From contig CAXHJY010000696.1 of NCBI GenBank assembly GCA_964016885.1, positions 577 to 64,576 on the forward strand: a DNA stretch of 64,000 nucleotides, written 5' to 3'. Both the position numbers and the translations under genes were made by a program. The notes under the pieces were generated by a model. It ran no database searches and was not told the DNA's origin. It saw only the letters and a list, made by a program, of their open reading frames with translations. Shown in pieces: positions 38,056 through 51,125 of this stretch. The stretch is from Eledone cirrhosa. Taxonomy: Eukaryota. Each line of letters opens with the position of its first letter. Positions within the stretch are counted from its first letter, which is position 1.

Positions 38056-41000
38056 AAGTATGACTGTAATGACGTATTGAAGGAAGGAAGGAGTGGAAGG
38101 AAGTATGACTGTAATGATGTATTGAAGGAGGGAAGGAAGGCGTCGAAGGAAGTATGACTGTAATGATGTATTGAAGGAAGGAAGGAGTGGAAGGAAGTAT
38201 GACTGTAATGATGTATTGAAGGAAGGAAGGAGTGGAAGGAAGTATGACTGTAATGATGTATTGAAGGAAGGAGTGGAAGGAAGTATGTCTGTAATGATTT
38301 ATTGAAGGAAGGAGTTGAAGGAAGTATGACTGTAATGATGTATTGAAGGAGGGAAGGAAGGCGTCGAAGGAAGTATGACTGTAATGATGTATTGAAGGAA
38401 TGAAGGAGTGGAAGGAAGTATGACTGTAATGATGTATTGAAGGAGGGAAGGAAGGCGTCGAAGGAAGTATGACTGTAATGATGTATTGAAGGAAGGAAGG
38501 AGTGGAAGGAAGTATGACTGTAATGATGTATTGAAGGAAGGAAGGAGTGGAAGGAAGTATGACTGTAATGACGTATTGAAGGAAGGAGTGGAAGGAAGTA
38601 TGTCTGTAATGATTTATTGAAGGAAGGAGTTGAAGGAAGTATGACTGTAATGATGTATTGAAGGAAGGAAGGAGTGGAAGGAAGTATGACAGTAATGATG
38701 TATTGAAGGAAGGAAGCAGTGGAAGGAAGTATGTCTGTAATGATGTATTGTAGGAGGGAAGGAAGGAGTGGAAGGAAGTATGACTGTAATGATGTATTGA
38801 AGGAATGAAGGAGTGGAAGGAAGTATGACTGTAATGATGCATTGAAGGAGGGAAGGAGTGGACGGAAGTATGACTGTAATGATGTATTGAAGGAAGGCAG
38901 GAAGGAAGGAGTGGAAGGAAGTATGTCTGTAATGATTTATTGAAGGAAGGAGTTGAAGGAAGTATGACTGTAATGATGTATTGAAGGAAGGAAGGAGTGG
39001 AAGGAAGTATGACAGTAATGATGTATTGAAGGAAGGAAGCAGTGGAAGGAAGTATGTCTGTAATGATGTATTGTAGGAGGGAAGGAAGGAGTGGAAGGAA
39101 GTATGACTGTAATGATGTATTGAAGGAAGGAAGGAGTGGAAGGAAGTATGACTGTAATGATGTATTGAAGGAAGGAAGGAGTGGAAGGAAGTATGACTGT
39201 AATGACGTATTGAAGGAAGGAGTGGAAGGAAGTATGTCTGTAATGATTTATTGAAGGAAGGAGTTGAAGGAAGTATGACTGTAATGATGTATTGAAGGAA
39301 GGAAGGAGTGGGAGGAAGTATGACTGTAATGATGTATTGAAGGAAGGAAGGAGTGGAAGGAAGTATGACTGTAATGATGTATTGAAGGAAGGAAGGAGTG
39401 GAAGGAAGTATGTCTGTAATGATGTATTGAAGGAAGGAGTGGAAGGAAGTATGACTGTAATGATGTATTGAAGGAAGGAAGGAGTTGAAGGAAGTATGAC
39501 TGTAATGATGTATTGAAGGAACGAAGGAAGGAGTGAAAGGAAGTATGACTGTAATGATGTATTGAAGGAAGGAAGGAAGGAGTGAAAGGAAGTATGACTG
39601 TAATGATGTATTGAAGGAAGGAAGGAAGGAGTGGAAGGAAGTATGATTGTAATGATGTAATGAACGAGGGAAGGAAGGAGTGGAAGGAAGTATGACTGTA
39701 ATGATGTATTGAAGGAAGGAGGGAAGGAAGGAGTGGAAGGAAGTATGACTGTAATGATGTATTGAAGGAAGGAAGGAAGGAGTGGAAGGAAGTATGATTG
39801 TAATGATGTATTGAAGGAAGGAAGGAGTGGAAGGAAGTATGTCTGTAATGATGTATTGAAGGAAGGAAGGAGTGGAAGGAAGTATGATTGTAATGATGTA
39901 TTGAAGGAAGGAAGGAGTGGAAGGAAGTATGACTGTAATGATGTATTGAAGGAAGGAAGGAAGGAGTGGAAGGAAGTATGATTGTAATGATGTATTGAAG
40001 GAAGGAAGGAGTGGAAGGAAGTATGTCTGTAATGATGTATTGAAGGAAGGAAGGAGTGGAAGGAAGTATGTCTGTAATGATGTATTGAAGGAAGGAAGGA
40101 GTGGAAGGAAGTATGACTGTAATGATGTATTGAAGGAAGGAAGGAGTGGAAGGAGTGGAAGGAAGTATGACTGTAATGATGTATTGAAGGAAGGAAGGAG
40201 TGGAAGGAAGTATGTCTGTAATGATGTATTGAAGGAAGGAAGGAGTGGAAGGAAGTATGATTGTAATGATGTATTGAAGGAAGGAATGAGTGGAAGGAAG
40301 TATGACTGTAATGATGTATTGAAGGAAGGAAGGAGTGGAAGGAGTGGAAGGAAGTATGACTGTAATGATGTATTGAAGGAAGGAAGGAGTGGAAGGAAGT
40401 ATGTCTGTCATGATGTATTGAAGGAAGGAAGGAGTGGAAGGAAGTATGTCTGTAATGATGTATTGAAGGAGGGAAGGAGTGGAAGGAAGTATGACTGTAA
40501 TGATGTATTGAAGGAGGGAAGGAGTGGAAGGAAGTATGACTGTAATGATGTATTGAAGGAAGGAAGGAAGGAGTGGAAGGAAGTATGACTGTAATGATGT
40601 ATTGAAGGAAGGAAGGAGTGGAAAGAAGTATGTCTGTAATGATGTATTGAAGGAGGGAAGGAAGGAGTGGAAGGAAGTATGACTGTAATGATGTATTTAA
40701 GGAAGGAAGGAGTGGAAGGAAGTATGACTGTAATGATGTATTGAAGGAAGGAAGGAGTTGAAGGAAGTATGACTGTGATGATGTATTGAAGGAAGGAAGG
40801 AGTTGAAGGAAGTATGACTGTGATGATGTATTGAAGGAAGGAAGGAGTGGAAGGAAGTATGTCTGTAATGATGTATTGAAGGAAGGAAGGAGTTGAAGGA
40901 AGTATGACTGTAATGATGTATTGAAGGAAGGAATGAGTGGAAGGAATTATGACTGTGATGATGTATTGAAGGAAGGAAGGAGTGGAAGGAAGTATGTATG

Positions 41001-44000
41001 TAATGATGTATTGAAGGAAGGAAGCAGTGGAAGGAAGTATGACTGTAATGATGTATTGAAGGAAGGAAGGAGTGGAAGGAAGTATGACTGTAATGATGTA
41101 TTGAAGGAAGGAAGAAGTGGAAGGAAGTATGACTGTAATGATGCATTGAAGGAAGGAAGGAGTGGAAGGAAGTATGACTGTAATGATGTATTGAAGGAAG
41201 GAAGGAGTGGAAGGAAGTATGTATGTAATGATGTATTGAAGGAAGGAAGCAGTGGAAGGAAGTATGACTGTAATGATGTATTGAAGGAAGGAAGGAGTGA
41301 AAGGAAGTATGACTGTAATGATGTATTGAAGGAACGAAGGAAGGAGTGGAAGGAAGTATGACTGTGATGATGTATTGAAGGAAGGAAGGAGTGGAAGGAA
41401 GTATGTATGTAATGATGTATTGAAGGAAGGAAGCAGTGGAAGGAAGTATGACTGTAATGATGTATTGAAGGAAGGAAGGAGTGGAAGGAAGTATGACTGT
41501 AATGATGTATTGAAGGAAGGAAGGAGAGGAAGAAAGTATGACTGTAATGATGTATTGAAGTAAGGAAGGAGTGGAAGGAAGTATGACTGTAATGATGTAT
41601 TGAAGGAAGGAAGGAGTGGAAGAAAGTATGACTGTAATGATGTATTGAAGGAAGGAAGGAGTGGAAGGAAGAATGACTGTAATGATGTATTGAAGAAAGG
41701 AAGGAGTGGAAGGAAGTATGACTGTAATGATGTATTGAAGGAAGGAAGGAGAGGAAGAAAGTATGACTGTAATGATGTATTGAAGGAAGGAAGGAGAGGA
41801 AGAAGTATGACTGTAATGATGTATTGAAGGAAGGAAGGAGTGGAAGGAAGTATGACTGTAATGTTGTATTGAAGAAAGGAAGGAGTGGAAGGAAGTATGA
41901 CTGTAATGATGTATTGAAGGAAGGAAGGAGTGGAAGGAAGTATGACTGTAATGATGTATTGAAGGAAGGAGTGGAAAGGAAGTATGACTGTAATGATGTA
42001 TTGAAGGAAGGAAGGAGAGGAAGAAAGTATGACTGTAATGATGTATTGAAGGAAGGAAGGAGAGGAAGAAGTATGACTGTAATGATGTATTGAAGGAAGG
42101 AAGGAGTGGAAGGAAGTATGACTGTAATGATGTATTGAAGGAAGGAAGAAGTGGAAGAAAGTATGACTGTAATGATGTATTGAAGGAAGGAAGGAAGGAG
42201 TGGAAGGAAGTATGACTGTAATGATGTATTGAAGGAAGGAAGGAGTGGAAGGAAGTATGACTGTAATGATGTATTGAAGGAAGGAAGGAAGGAGTGGAAG
42301 GAAGTATGACTGTAATGATGTATTGAAGGAAGGAAGGAGTGGAAGGAAGTATGACTGTAATGATGTATTGAAGGAAGGAGTGGAAGGAAGTATGACTGTA
42401 ATGATGTATTGAAGGAAGGAAGGAGAGGAAGAAAGTATGATTGTAATGATGTATTGAAGGAAGGAAGGAGTGGAAAGAAGTATGTCTGTAATGATGTATT
42501 GAAGGAAGGAGTGGAAAGGAAGTATGACTGTAATGATGTATTGAAGGAAGGAGTGGAAGGAAGTATGACTGTAATGATGTTTTGAACGAATGAAGGAGTG
42601 GATGGAAGTATAACTGTAATGATGTATTGAAGGAACGAAGGAAGGAGTGGAAGGAAGTATGACTGTAATGATGTATTGAAGGAAGGAAGGAGTGGAAGGA
42701 AGTATGTCTGTAATGATGTATTGAAGGAAGGAAGGAGTTGAAGGGAGTATGACTGTAATGATGTATAGAAGGAAGGAATGAGTGGAAGGAATTATGACTG
42801 TAATGATGTATTGAAGGAAGGAAGAAGTGGAAGGAAGTATGACTGTAATGATGCATTGAAGGAAGGAAGGAGTGGAAGGAAGTATGACTGTAATGATGTA
42901 TTGAAGGAAGGAAGGAGTGGAAGGAAGTATGACTGTAATGATGTATTGAAGGAACGAAGGAAGGAGTGGAAGGAAGTATGACTGTGATGATGTATTGAAG
43001 GAAGGAAGGAGTGGAAGGAAGTATGTCTGTAATGATGTATTGAAGGAAGGAAGGAGTGGAATGAAGTATAACTGTAATGATGTATTGAAGGAAGGAAGGA
43101 GTGGAATGAAGTATGACTGTAATGATGTATTGAAGGAAGGAAGGAGAGGAAGAAAGTATGACTGTAATGATGTATTGAAGGAAGGAAGGAGTGGAAGGAA
43201 GTATGACTGTAATGATGTATTGAAGGAAGGAAGGAGTGGAAGAAAGTATGACTGTAATGATGTATTGAAGGAAGGAAGGAAGGAGTGGAAGGAAGTATGA
43301 CTGTAATGATGTATTGAAGGAAGGAAGGAGTGGGAGGAAGTATGACTGTAATGATGTATTGAAGGAAGGAAGGAGAGAAGAAAGTATGACTGTAATGATG
43401 TATTGAAGGAAGGAAGGAGTGGAAGGAAGTATGAATGTAATGATGTATTGAAGGAAGGAAGGAGAGAAGAAAGTATGACTGTAATGATGTATTGAAGGAA
43501 GGAAGGAGTGGAAGGAAGTATGAATGTAATGATGTATTGAAGGAAGGATGGAGTGGAAGAAAGTATGACTGTAATGATGTATTGAAGGAAGGAAGGAGTG
43601 GAAGGAAGTATGACTGTAATGATGTATTGAAGGAAGGAGTGGAAAGAAAGTATGACTGTAATGATGTATTGAAGGAAGGAGTGGAAGGAAGTATGACAGT
43701 AAGGATGTATTGAAGGAAGGAGTGGAAGGAAGTATGACTGTAATGATGTATTGAACGAATGAAGGAGTGGATGGAAGTATAACTGTAATGATGTATTGAA
43801 GGAACGAAGGAAGGAGTGGAAGGAAGTATGACTGTAATGATGTATTGAAGGAAGGAGTGGAAGGAAGTATGACTGTAATGATGTATTGAAGGAAGGAAGG
43901 AGTGGAAGCATGTATGACTGTAATGATGTATTGAAGGAAGGAAGGAGTGGAAGGAAGTATGACTGTAATGATGTATTGAAGGAAGGAAGGAGTTGAAGGA

Positions 44001-47000
44001 AGTATGACTGTGATGATGTATTGAAGGAAGGAAGGAGTTGAAGGAAGTATGACTGTGATGATGTATTGAAGGAAGGAAGGAGTGGAAGGAAGTATGTCTG
44101 TAATGATGTATTGAAGGAAGGAAGGAGTTGAAGGAAGTATGACTGTAATGATGTATTGAAGGAAGGAATGAGTGGAAGGAATTATGACTGTGATGATGTA
44201 TTGAAGGAAGGAAGAATTGGAAGGAAGTATGTCTGTAATGATGCATTGAAGGAAGGAAGGAGTGGAAGGAAGTATGACTGTAATGATGTATTGAAGGAAG
44301 GAAGTATGACTGTAATGATGTATTGAAGGGACGAAGGAAGGAGTGGAAGGAAGTATGACTGTAATGATGTATTGAAGGAAGGAAGTATGACTGTAATGAT
44401 GTATTGAAGGGACGAAGGAAGGAGTGGAAGGAAGTATGACTGTAATGATGTATTGAAGGAAGGAGTGGAAAGAAGTATGACTGTAATGATGTATTGAAGG
44501 AAGGAAGGAGTGGAAGAAAGTATGACTGTAATGATGTATTGAAGGAAGGAAGGAGTGGAAGGAAGTATGACTGTAATGATGTATTGAAGGAAGGAAGGAG
44601 TGGAAGGAAGTATGACTGTAATGATGTATTGAAGGAACGAAGGAAGGAGTGGAAGGAAGTATGACTGTGATGATGTATTGAAACAAGGAAGGAGTGGAAG
44701 GAAGTATGTCTGTAATGATGTATTGAAGGAAGGAGTGGAAAGAAGTATGACTGTAATGATGTATTGAAGGAAGGAAGGAGTGGAAGAAAGTATGACTGTA
44801 ATGATGTATTGAAGGAAGGAAGGAGTGGAAGGAAGTATGACTGTAATGATGTATTGAAGGAAGGAAGGAGTGGAAGGAAGTATGACTGTAATGATGTATT
44901 GAAGGAAGGAAGGAGTGGAAGGAAGTATGACTGTAATGATGTATTGAAGGAACGAAGGAAGGAGTGGAAGGAAGTATGACTGTGATGATGTATTGAAGGA
45001 AGTATGACTGTAATGATGTATTGAAGGAAGTATGACTGTAATGATGTATTGAAGGAAGGAAGGAGTGGAAGGAAGTATGACTGTAATGATGTATTGAAGG
45101 AAGGAAGGAGTGGAAGGAAGTATGACTGTAATGATGTATTGAAGGAACGAAGGAAGGAGTGGAAGGAAGTATGACTGTGATGATGTATTGAAGGAAGTAT
45201 GACTGTAATGATGTATTGAAGGAAGTATGACTGTAATGATGTATTGAATGAAGGAAGGAGAGGAAGAACGTATGACTGTAATGATGTATTGAAAGAAGGA
45301 AGGAGTGGAAGGAAGTATGACTGTAATGATGTATTGAAGGAAGGAAGGAGTGGAAGAAAGTATGACTGTAATGATGTATTGAAGGAAGGAAGGAGTGGAA
45401 GGAAGTATGACTGTAATGATGTATTGAAGGAAGGAAGGAGAGGAAGAAAGTATGACTGTAATGATGTATTGAAGGAAGGAAGGAGAGGAAGAAAGTATGA
45501 CTGTAATGATGTATTGAAGGAAGGACGGAATGAGTGGAAGGAAGTATGACTGTAATGATGTATTGAAGGAAGGAAGGAATGGAAGGAAGTATGTCTGTAA
45601 TGATGTATTGAAGGAAGGAAGGAGTGGAAGGAAGTATGTCTGTAATGATGTATTGAAGGAAGGAAGGAGTGGAAGGAAGTATGTCTGTAATGATGTATTG
45701 AAGGAAGGAAGGAAGGAGAGGAAGGAAGTATGACTGTAATGATGTATTGAAGGAAGGAAGGAGTGGAAGGAATTATGACTGTAATGATGTATTGAAGGAA
45801 GGAAGGAGTGGAAGGAATTATGACAGTAATGATGTATTGAAGGAAGGAAGGAGTGGAAGGAAGTATGTCTGTAATGATGTATTGAAGGAAAGAAGGAGTG
45901 GAAGGAAGTATGACTGTAATGATGTATTGAAGGAAGGAAGGAGTGGAAGGAAGAATGACTGTAATGATGTATTGAAGGAAGGAAGGAGTGGATGGAAATA
46001 TGACTGTAAGGATGTATTGAAGGAGGGAAGGAAGGAGTGGAAGGAAGTACGACTGTAATGATGTATTGAAGGAAGGAAGGAGTGGAAGGAAATATGACTG
46101 TAATGATGTATTGAAGGAAGGAAGGAGTGGAAGGAAGTATGACTGTAATGATGTTTTGAAGGAAGGAAGGAGTGGAAGGAAGTATGACCGTAATGATGTA
46201 TTGAAGGAAGGAAGGAGTGGAAGGAAGTATGACTGTAATGATGTATTGAAGGAAGGAGTGGAAAGGAAGTATGACTGTAATGATGTATTGAAGGAAGGAA
46301 GGAGTTGAAGGAAGTATGACTGTGATGATGTATTGAAGGAAGGAAGGAGTGGAAGGAAGTATGACCGTAATGATGTATTGAAGGAAGGAAGGAGTGGAAG
46401 GAAGTATGACTGTAATGATGTATTGAAGGAAGGAGTGGAAAGGAAGTATGACTGTAATGATGTATTGAAGGAAGGAAGGAGTGAAAGGAAGTATGACTGT
46501 AATGATGTAATGAACGAGGGAAGGAAGGAGTGGAAGGAAGTATGACTGTAATGATGTAATGAACGAGGGAAGGAAGGAGTGGAAGGAAGTATGACTGTAA
46601 TGATGTATTGAAGGAACGAAGGAAGGGGTGAAAGGAAGTATGACTGTAATGATGTAATGAACGAGGGAAGGAAGGAGTGGAAGGAAGTATGACTGTAATG
46701 ATGTAATGAACGAGGGAAGGAAGGAGTGGAAGGAAGTATGACTGTAATGATGTATTGAAGGAAGGAAGGAGTGGAAAGAAATATGACTGTAATGATGTAT
46801 TGAAGGAGGGAAGGAAGGAGTGGAAGGAAGTATGACTGTAATGATGTATTTAAGGAAGGAAGGAGTGGAAGGAAGTATGACTGTAATGATGTATTGAAGG
46901 AAGGAAGGAGTTGAAGGATGTATGACTGTGATGATGTATTGAAGGAAGGAAGAAGTTGAAGGAAGTATGACTGTGATGATGTATTGAAGGAAGGAAGGAG

Positions 47001-47699
47001 TGGAAGGAAGTATGTCTGTAATGATGTATTGAAGGAAGGAAGGAGTGGAAGGAAGTATGTCTGTCATGATGTATTGAAGGAAGGAATAAGTGGAAGGAAT
47101 TATGACTGTGATGATGTATTGAAGGAAGGAAGAAGTGGAAGGAAGTATGTCTGTAATGATGTATTGAAGGAGGGAAGGAAGGAGTGGAAGGAAGTATGTC
47201 TGTAATGATGAATTGAAGGAAGGAAGGAGTTGAAGGAAGTATGACTGTAATGATGTATTGAAGGAAGGAATAAGTGGAAGGAATTATGACTGTGATGATG
47301 TATTGAAGGAAGGAAGAAGTGGAAGGAAGTATGTCTGTAATGATGTATTGAAGGAGGGAAGGAAGGAGTGGAAGGAAGTATGACTGTAATGATGTATTGA
47401 AGGAAGAAAGGAGTGGAAGGAAGTATGACTGTAATGATGTATTGAAGGGACGAAGGAAGGAGTGGAAGGAAGTATGACTGTGATGATGTATTGAAGGAGG
47501 GAAGGAAGGAGTGGAAGGAAGTATGACTGTAATGATGTATTGAAGGAAGGAAGGAGTGGAAGGAAGTATGTCTGTAATGATGTATTGAAGGAAGGAAGGA
47601 GTGGAAGGAAGTATGTCTGTAATGATGTATTGAAGGAAGGAGTGGAAGGAAGTATGACTGTGATGATGTATTGAAGGAAGGAAGGAGTGGAAGGAAGTA

Positions 47700-49100
47700 T
47701 GACTGTAATGATGTATTGAAGGAAGGAAGGAAGGAAGGAGTGGAAGGAAGTATGACTGTAATGATGTATTGAAGGAAGGAAGGAGTGGAAAGAAATATGA
47801 CTGTAATGATGTATTGAAGGAGGGAAGGAAGGAGTGGAAGGAAGTATGACTGTGATGATGTATTGAAGGAAGGAAGGAGTGGAAGGAAGTATGACTGTAA
47901 TGATGTATTGAAGGAAGGAAGGAAGGAAGGAGTGGAAGGAAGTATGACTGTAATGATGTATTGAAGGAAGGAAGGAGTGGAAAGAAATATGACTGTAATG
48001 ATGTATTGAAGGAGGGAAGGAAGGAGTGGAAGGAAGTATGACTGTAATGATGTATTTAAGGAAGGAAGGAGTGGAAGGAAGTATGACTGTAATGATGTAT
48101 TGAAGGAAGGAAGGAAGGAAGGAGTGGAAGGAAGTATGACTGTAATGATGTATTGAAGGAAGGAAGGAGTGGAAAGAAATATGACTGTAATGATGTATTG
48201 AAGGAGGGAAGGAAGGAGTGGAAGGAAGTATGACTGTGATGATGTATTGAAGGAAGGAAGGAGTGGAAGGAAGTATGACTGTAATGATGTATTGAAGGAA
48301 GGAAGGAAGGAAGGAGTGGAAGGAAGTATGACTGTAATGATGTATTGAAGGAAGGAAGGAGTGGAAAGAAATATGACTGTAATGATGTATTGAAGGAGGG
48401 AAGGAAGGAGTGGAAGGAAGTATGACTGTAATGATGTATTTAAGGAAGGAAGGAGTGGAAGGAAGTATGACTGTAATGATGTATTGAAGGAAGGAAGGAA
48501 GGAAGGAGTGGAAGGAAGTATGACTGTAATGATGTATTGAAGGAAGGAAGGAGTGGAAGGAAGTATGACTGTAATGATGTATTGAAGGAAGGAAGGAAGG
48601 AAGGAGTGGAAGGAAGTATGACTGTAATGATGTATTGAAGGAAGGAAGGAGTGGAAAGAAATATGACTGTAATGATGTATTGAAGGAGGGAAGGAAGGAG
48701 TGGAAGGAAGTATGACTGTAATGATGTATTTAAGGAAGGAAGGAGTGGAAGGAAGTATGACTGTAATGATGTATTGAAGGAAGGAAGGAAGGAAGGAGTG
48801 GAAGGAAGTATGACTGTAATGATGTATTGAAGGAAGGAAGGAGTGGAAAGAAATATGACTGTAATGATGTATTGAAGGAGGGAAGGAAGGAGTGGAAGGA
48901 AGTATGACTGTGATGATGTATTGAAGGAAGGAAGGAGTGGAAGGAAGTATGACTGTAATGATGTATTGAAGGAAGGAAGGAAGGAAGGAGTGGAAGGAAG
49001 TATGACTGTAATGATGTATTGAAGGAAGGAAGGAGTGGAAAGAAATATGACTGTAATGATGTATTGAAGGAGGGAAGGAAGGAGTGGAAGGAAGTATGAC
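47700..49100. repeat. 192-bp 4-monomer higher-order repeat (53+45+49+45), 7 copies
   Basis: AGAAATATG at 47791, 47983, 48175, 48367, 48657, 48849, 49041 (spacing 192, once 290). Confidence 0.92.
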
Positions 49101-50309
49101 TGTAATGATGTATTGAAGGAAGGAAGGAGTGGAAGGAAGTATGTCTGTAATGATGAATTGAAGGAAGGAAGGAGTTGAAGGAAGTATGACTGTAATGATG
49201 TATTGAAGGAAGGAATAAGTGGAAGGAATTATGACTGTGATGATGTATTGAAGGAAGGAAGAAGTGGAAGGAAGTATGTCTGTAATGATGTATTGAAGGA
49301 GGGAAGGAAGGAGTGGAAGGAAGTATGACTGTAATGATGCATTGAAGGAAGAAAGGAGTGGAAGGAAGTATGACTGTAATGATGTATTGAAGGGACGAAG
49401 GAAGGAGTGGAAGGAAGTATGACTGTGATGATGTATTGAAGGAGGGAAGGAAGGAGTGGAAGGAAGTATGACTGTAATGATGTATTGAAGGAAGGAAGGA
49501 GTGGAAGGAAGTATGTCTGTAATGATGTATTGAAGGAAGGAAGGAGTGGAAGGAAGTATGTCTGTAATGATGTATTGAAGGAAGGAGTGGAAGGAAGTAT
49601 GACTGTGATGATGTATTGAAGGAAGGAAGGAGTGGAAGGAAGTATGACTGTAATGATGTATTGAAGGAAGGAAGGAGTGGAAGGAAGTATGACTGTGATG
49701 ATGTAATGAAGGAAGGAAGGAGTGGAAGGAAGTATGTCTGTAATGATGTATTGAAGGAAGGAGTGGAAGGAAGTATGACTGTAATGATGTATTGAAGGAA
49801 GGAAGGAGAGGACGAAAGTATGACTGTAATGATGTATTGAAGGAAGGAAGGAGTGGAAGGAAGTATGACTGTAATGATGTATTGAAGGAAGGAAGGAGTG
49901 GAAGGAAGTATGACTGTAATGATGTATTGAAGGAAGGAAGGAGTGGGAGGAAGTATGACTGTAATGATGTATTGAAGGAAGGAAGGAGTGGAAGAATGTA
50001 TGACTGTAATGATGTATTGAAGGAAGGAAGGAGTGGAAGGAAGTATGACTGTAATGATGTATTGAAGGAACGAAGGAAGGAGTGGAAGGAAGTATGGCTG
50101 TAATGATGTATTGAAGGAAGGAAGGAGTGGAAGGAAATATGACTGTAATGATGTATTGAAGGAGGAAGGAGTGGAAGGAAATATGACTGTAATGATGTAT
50201 TGAAGGAAGGAAGGAGTGGAAGGAAGTATGACTGTAATGATGTTTTGAAGGAAGGAAGGAGTGGAAGGAAGTATGACTGTAATGATGTACTGAAGGAAGG
50301 AAGGAGTGG

Positions 50310-51125
50310 AAGGAAGTATGACCGTAATGATGTATAGAAGTAAGGAAGGAGTGGAAGAAAGTATGACTGTAATGATGTATTGAAGGAAGGAAGGAGTGGA
50401 AGAAAGTATGACTGTAATGATGTATTGAAGGAAGGAAGAAGTGGAAGGAAGTATGACAGTAATGATGTATTGAAGGAAGGAATGGAAGGAAGTATGACTG
50501 TAATGATGTATTGAAGGAAGGATGGGAAGGAAGTATGACTGTAATGATGTATTGAAGGAAGGAAGGAGTTGAAGGAAGTATGACTGTGATGATGTATTGA
50601 AGGAAGGAGTGGAAGGAAGTATGACTGTGATGATGTATTGAAAGAAGGAAGGAGTGGAAGGAAGTATGTCTGTAATTATGTATTGAAGGAAGGAAGGAGT
50701 GGAAGGAAGTATGACCGTAATGATGTATAGAAGTAAGGAAGGAGTGGAAGAAAGTATGACTGTAATGATGTATTGAAGGAAGGAAGGAGTGGAAGGAAGT
50801 ATGACTGTAATGATGTATTGAAGGAAGGAAGGAGTGGAAGAAAGTATGACTGTAATGATGTATTGAAGGAAGGAAGAAGTGGAAGGAAGTATGACAGTAA
50901 TGATGTATTGAAGGAAGGAATGGAAGGAAGTATGACTGTAATGATGTATTGAAGGAAGGATGGGAAGGAAGTATGACTGTAATGATGTATTGAAGGAAGG
51001 AAGGAGTTGAAGGAAGTATGACTGTGATGATGTATTGAAGGAAGGAGTGGAAGGAAGTATGACTGTGATGATGTATTGAAAGAAGGAAGGAGTGGAAGGA
51101 AGTATGTCTGTAATTATGTATTGAA
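50310..51125. repeat. Tandem duplication of about 0.4 kb (offsets 393/438 bp)
   Basis: TATAGAAGTAAGG 50333/50726; GATGGGAAGG 50521/50959; AATTATG 50674/51112. Confidence 0.85.

Noticed and set aside
47190-49640. LTR-like element suggested by flanking direct repeats
   Set aside because: Both flanks and the interior are satellite monomers. There is no PBS, coding region or target-site duplication.
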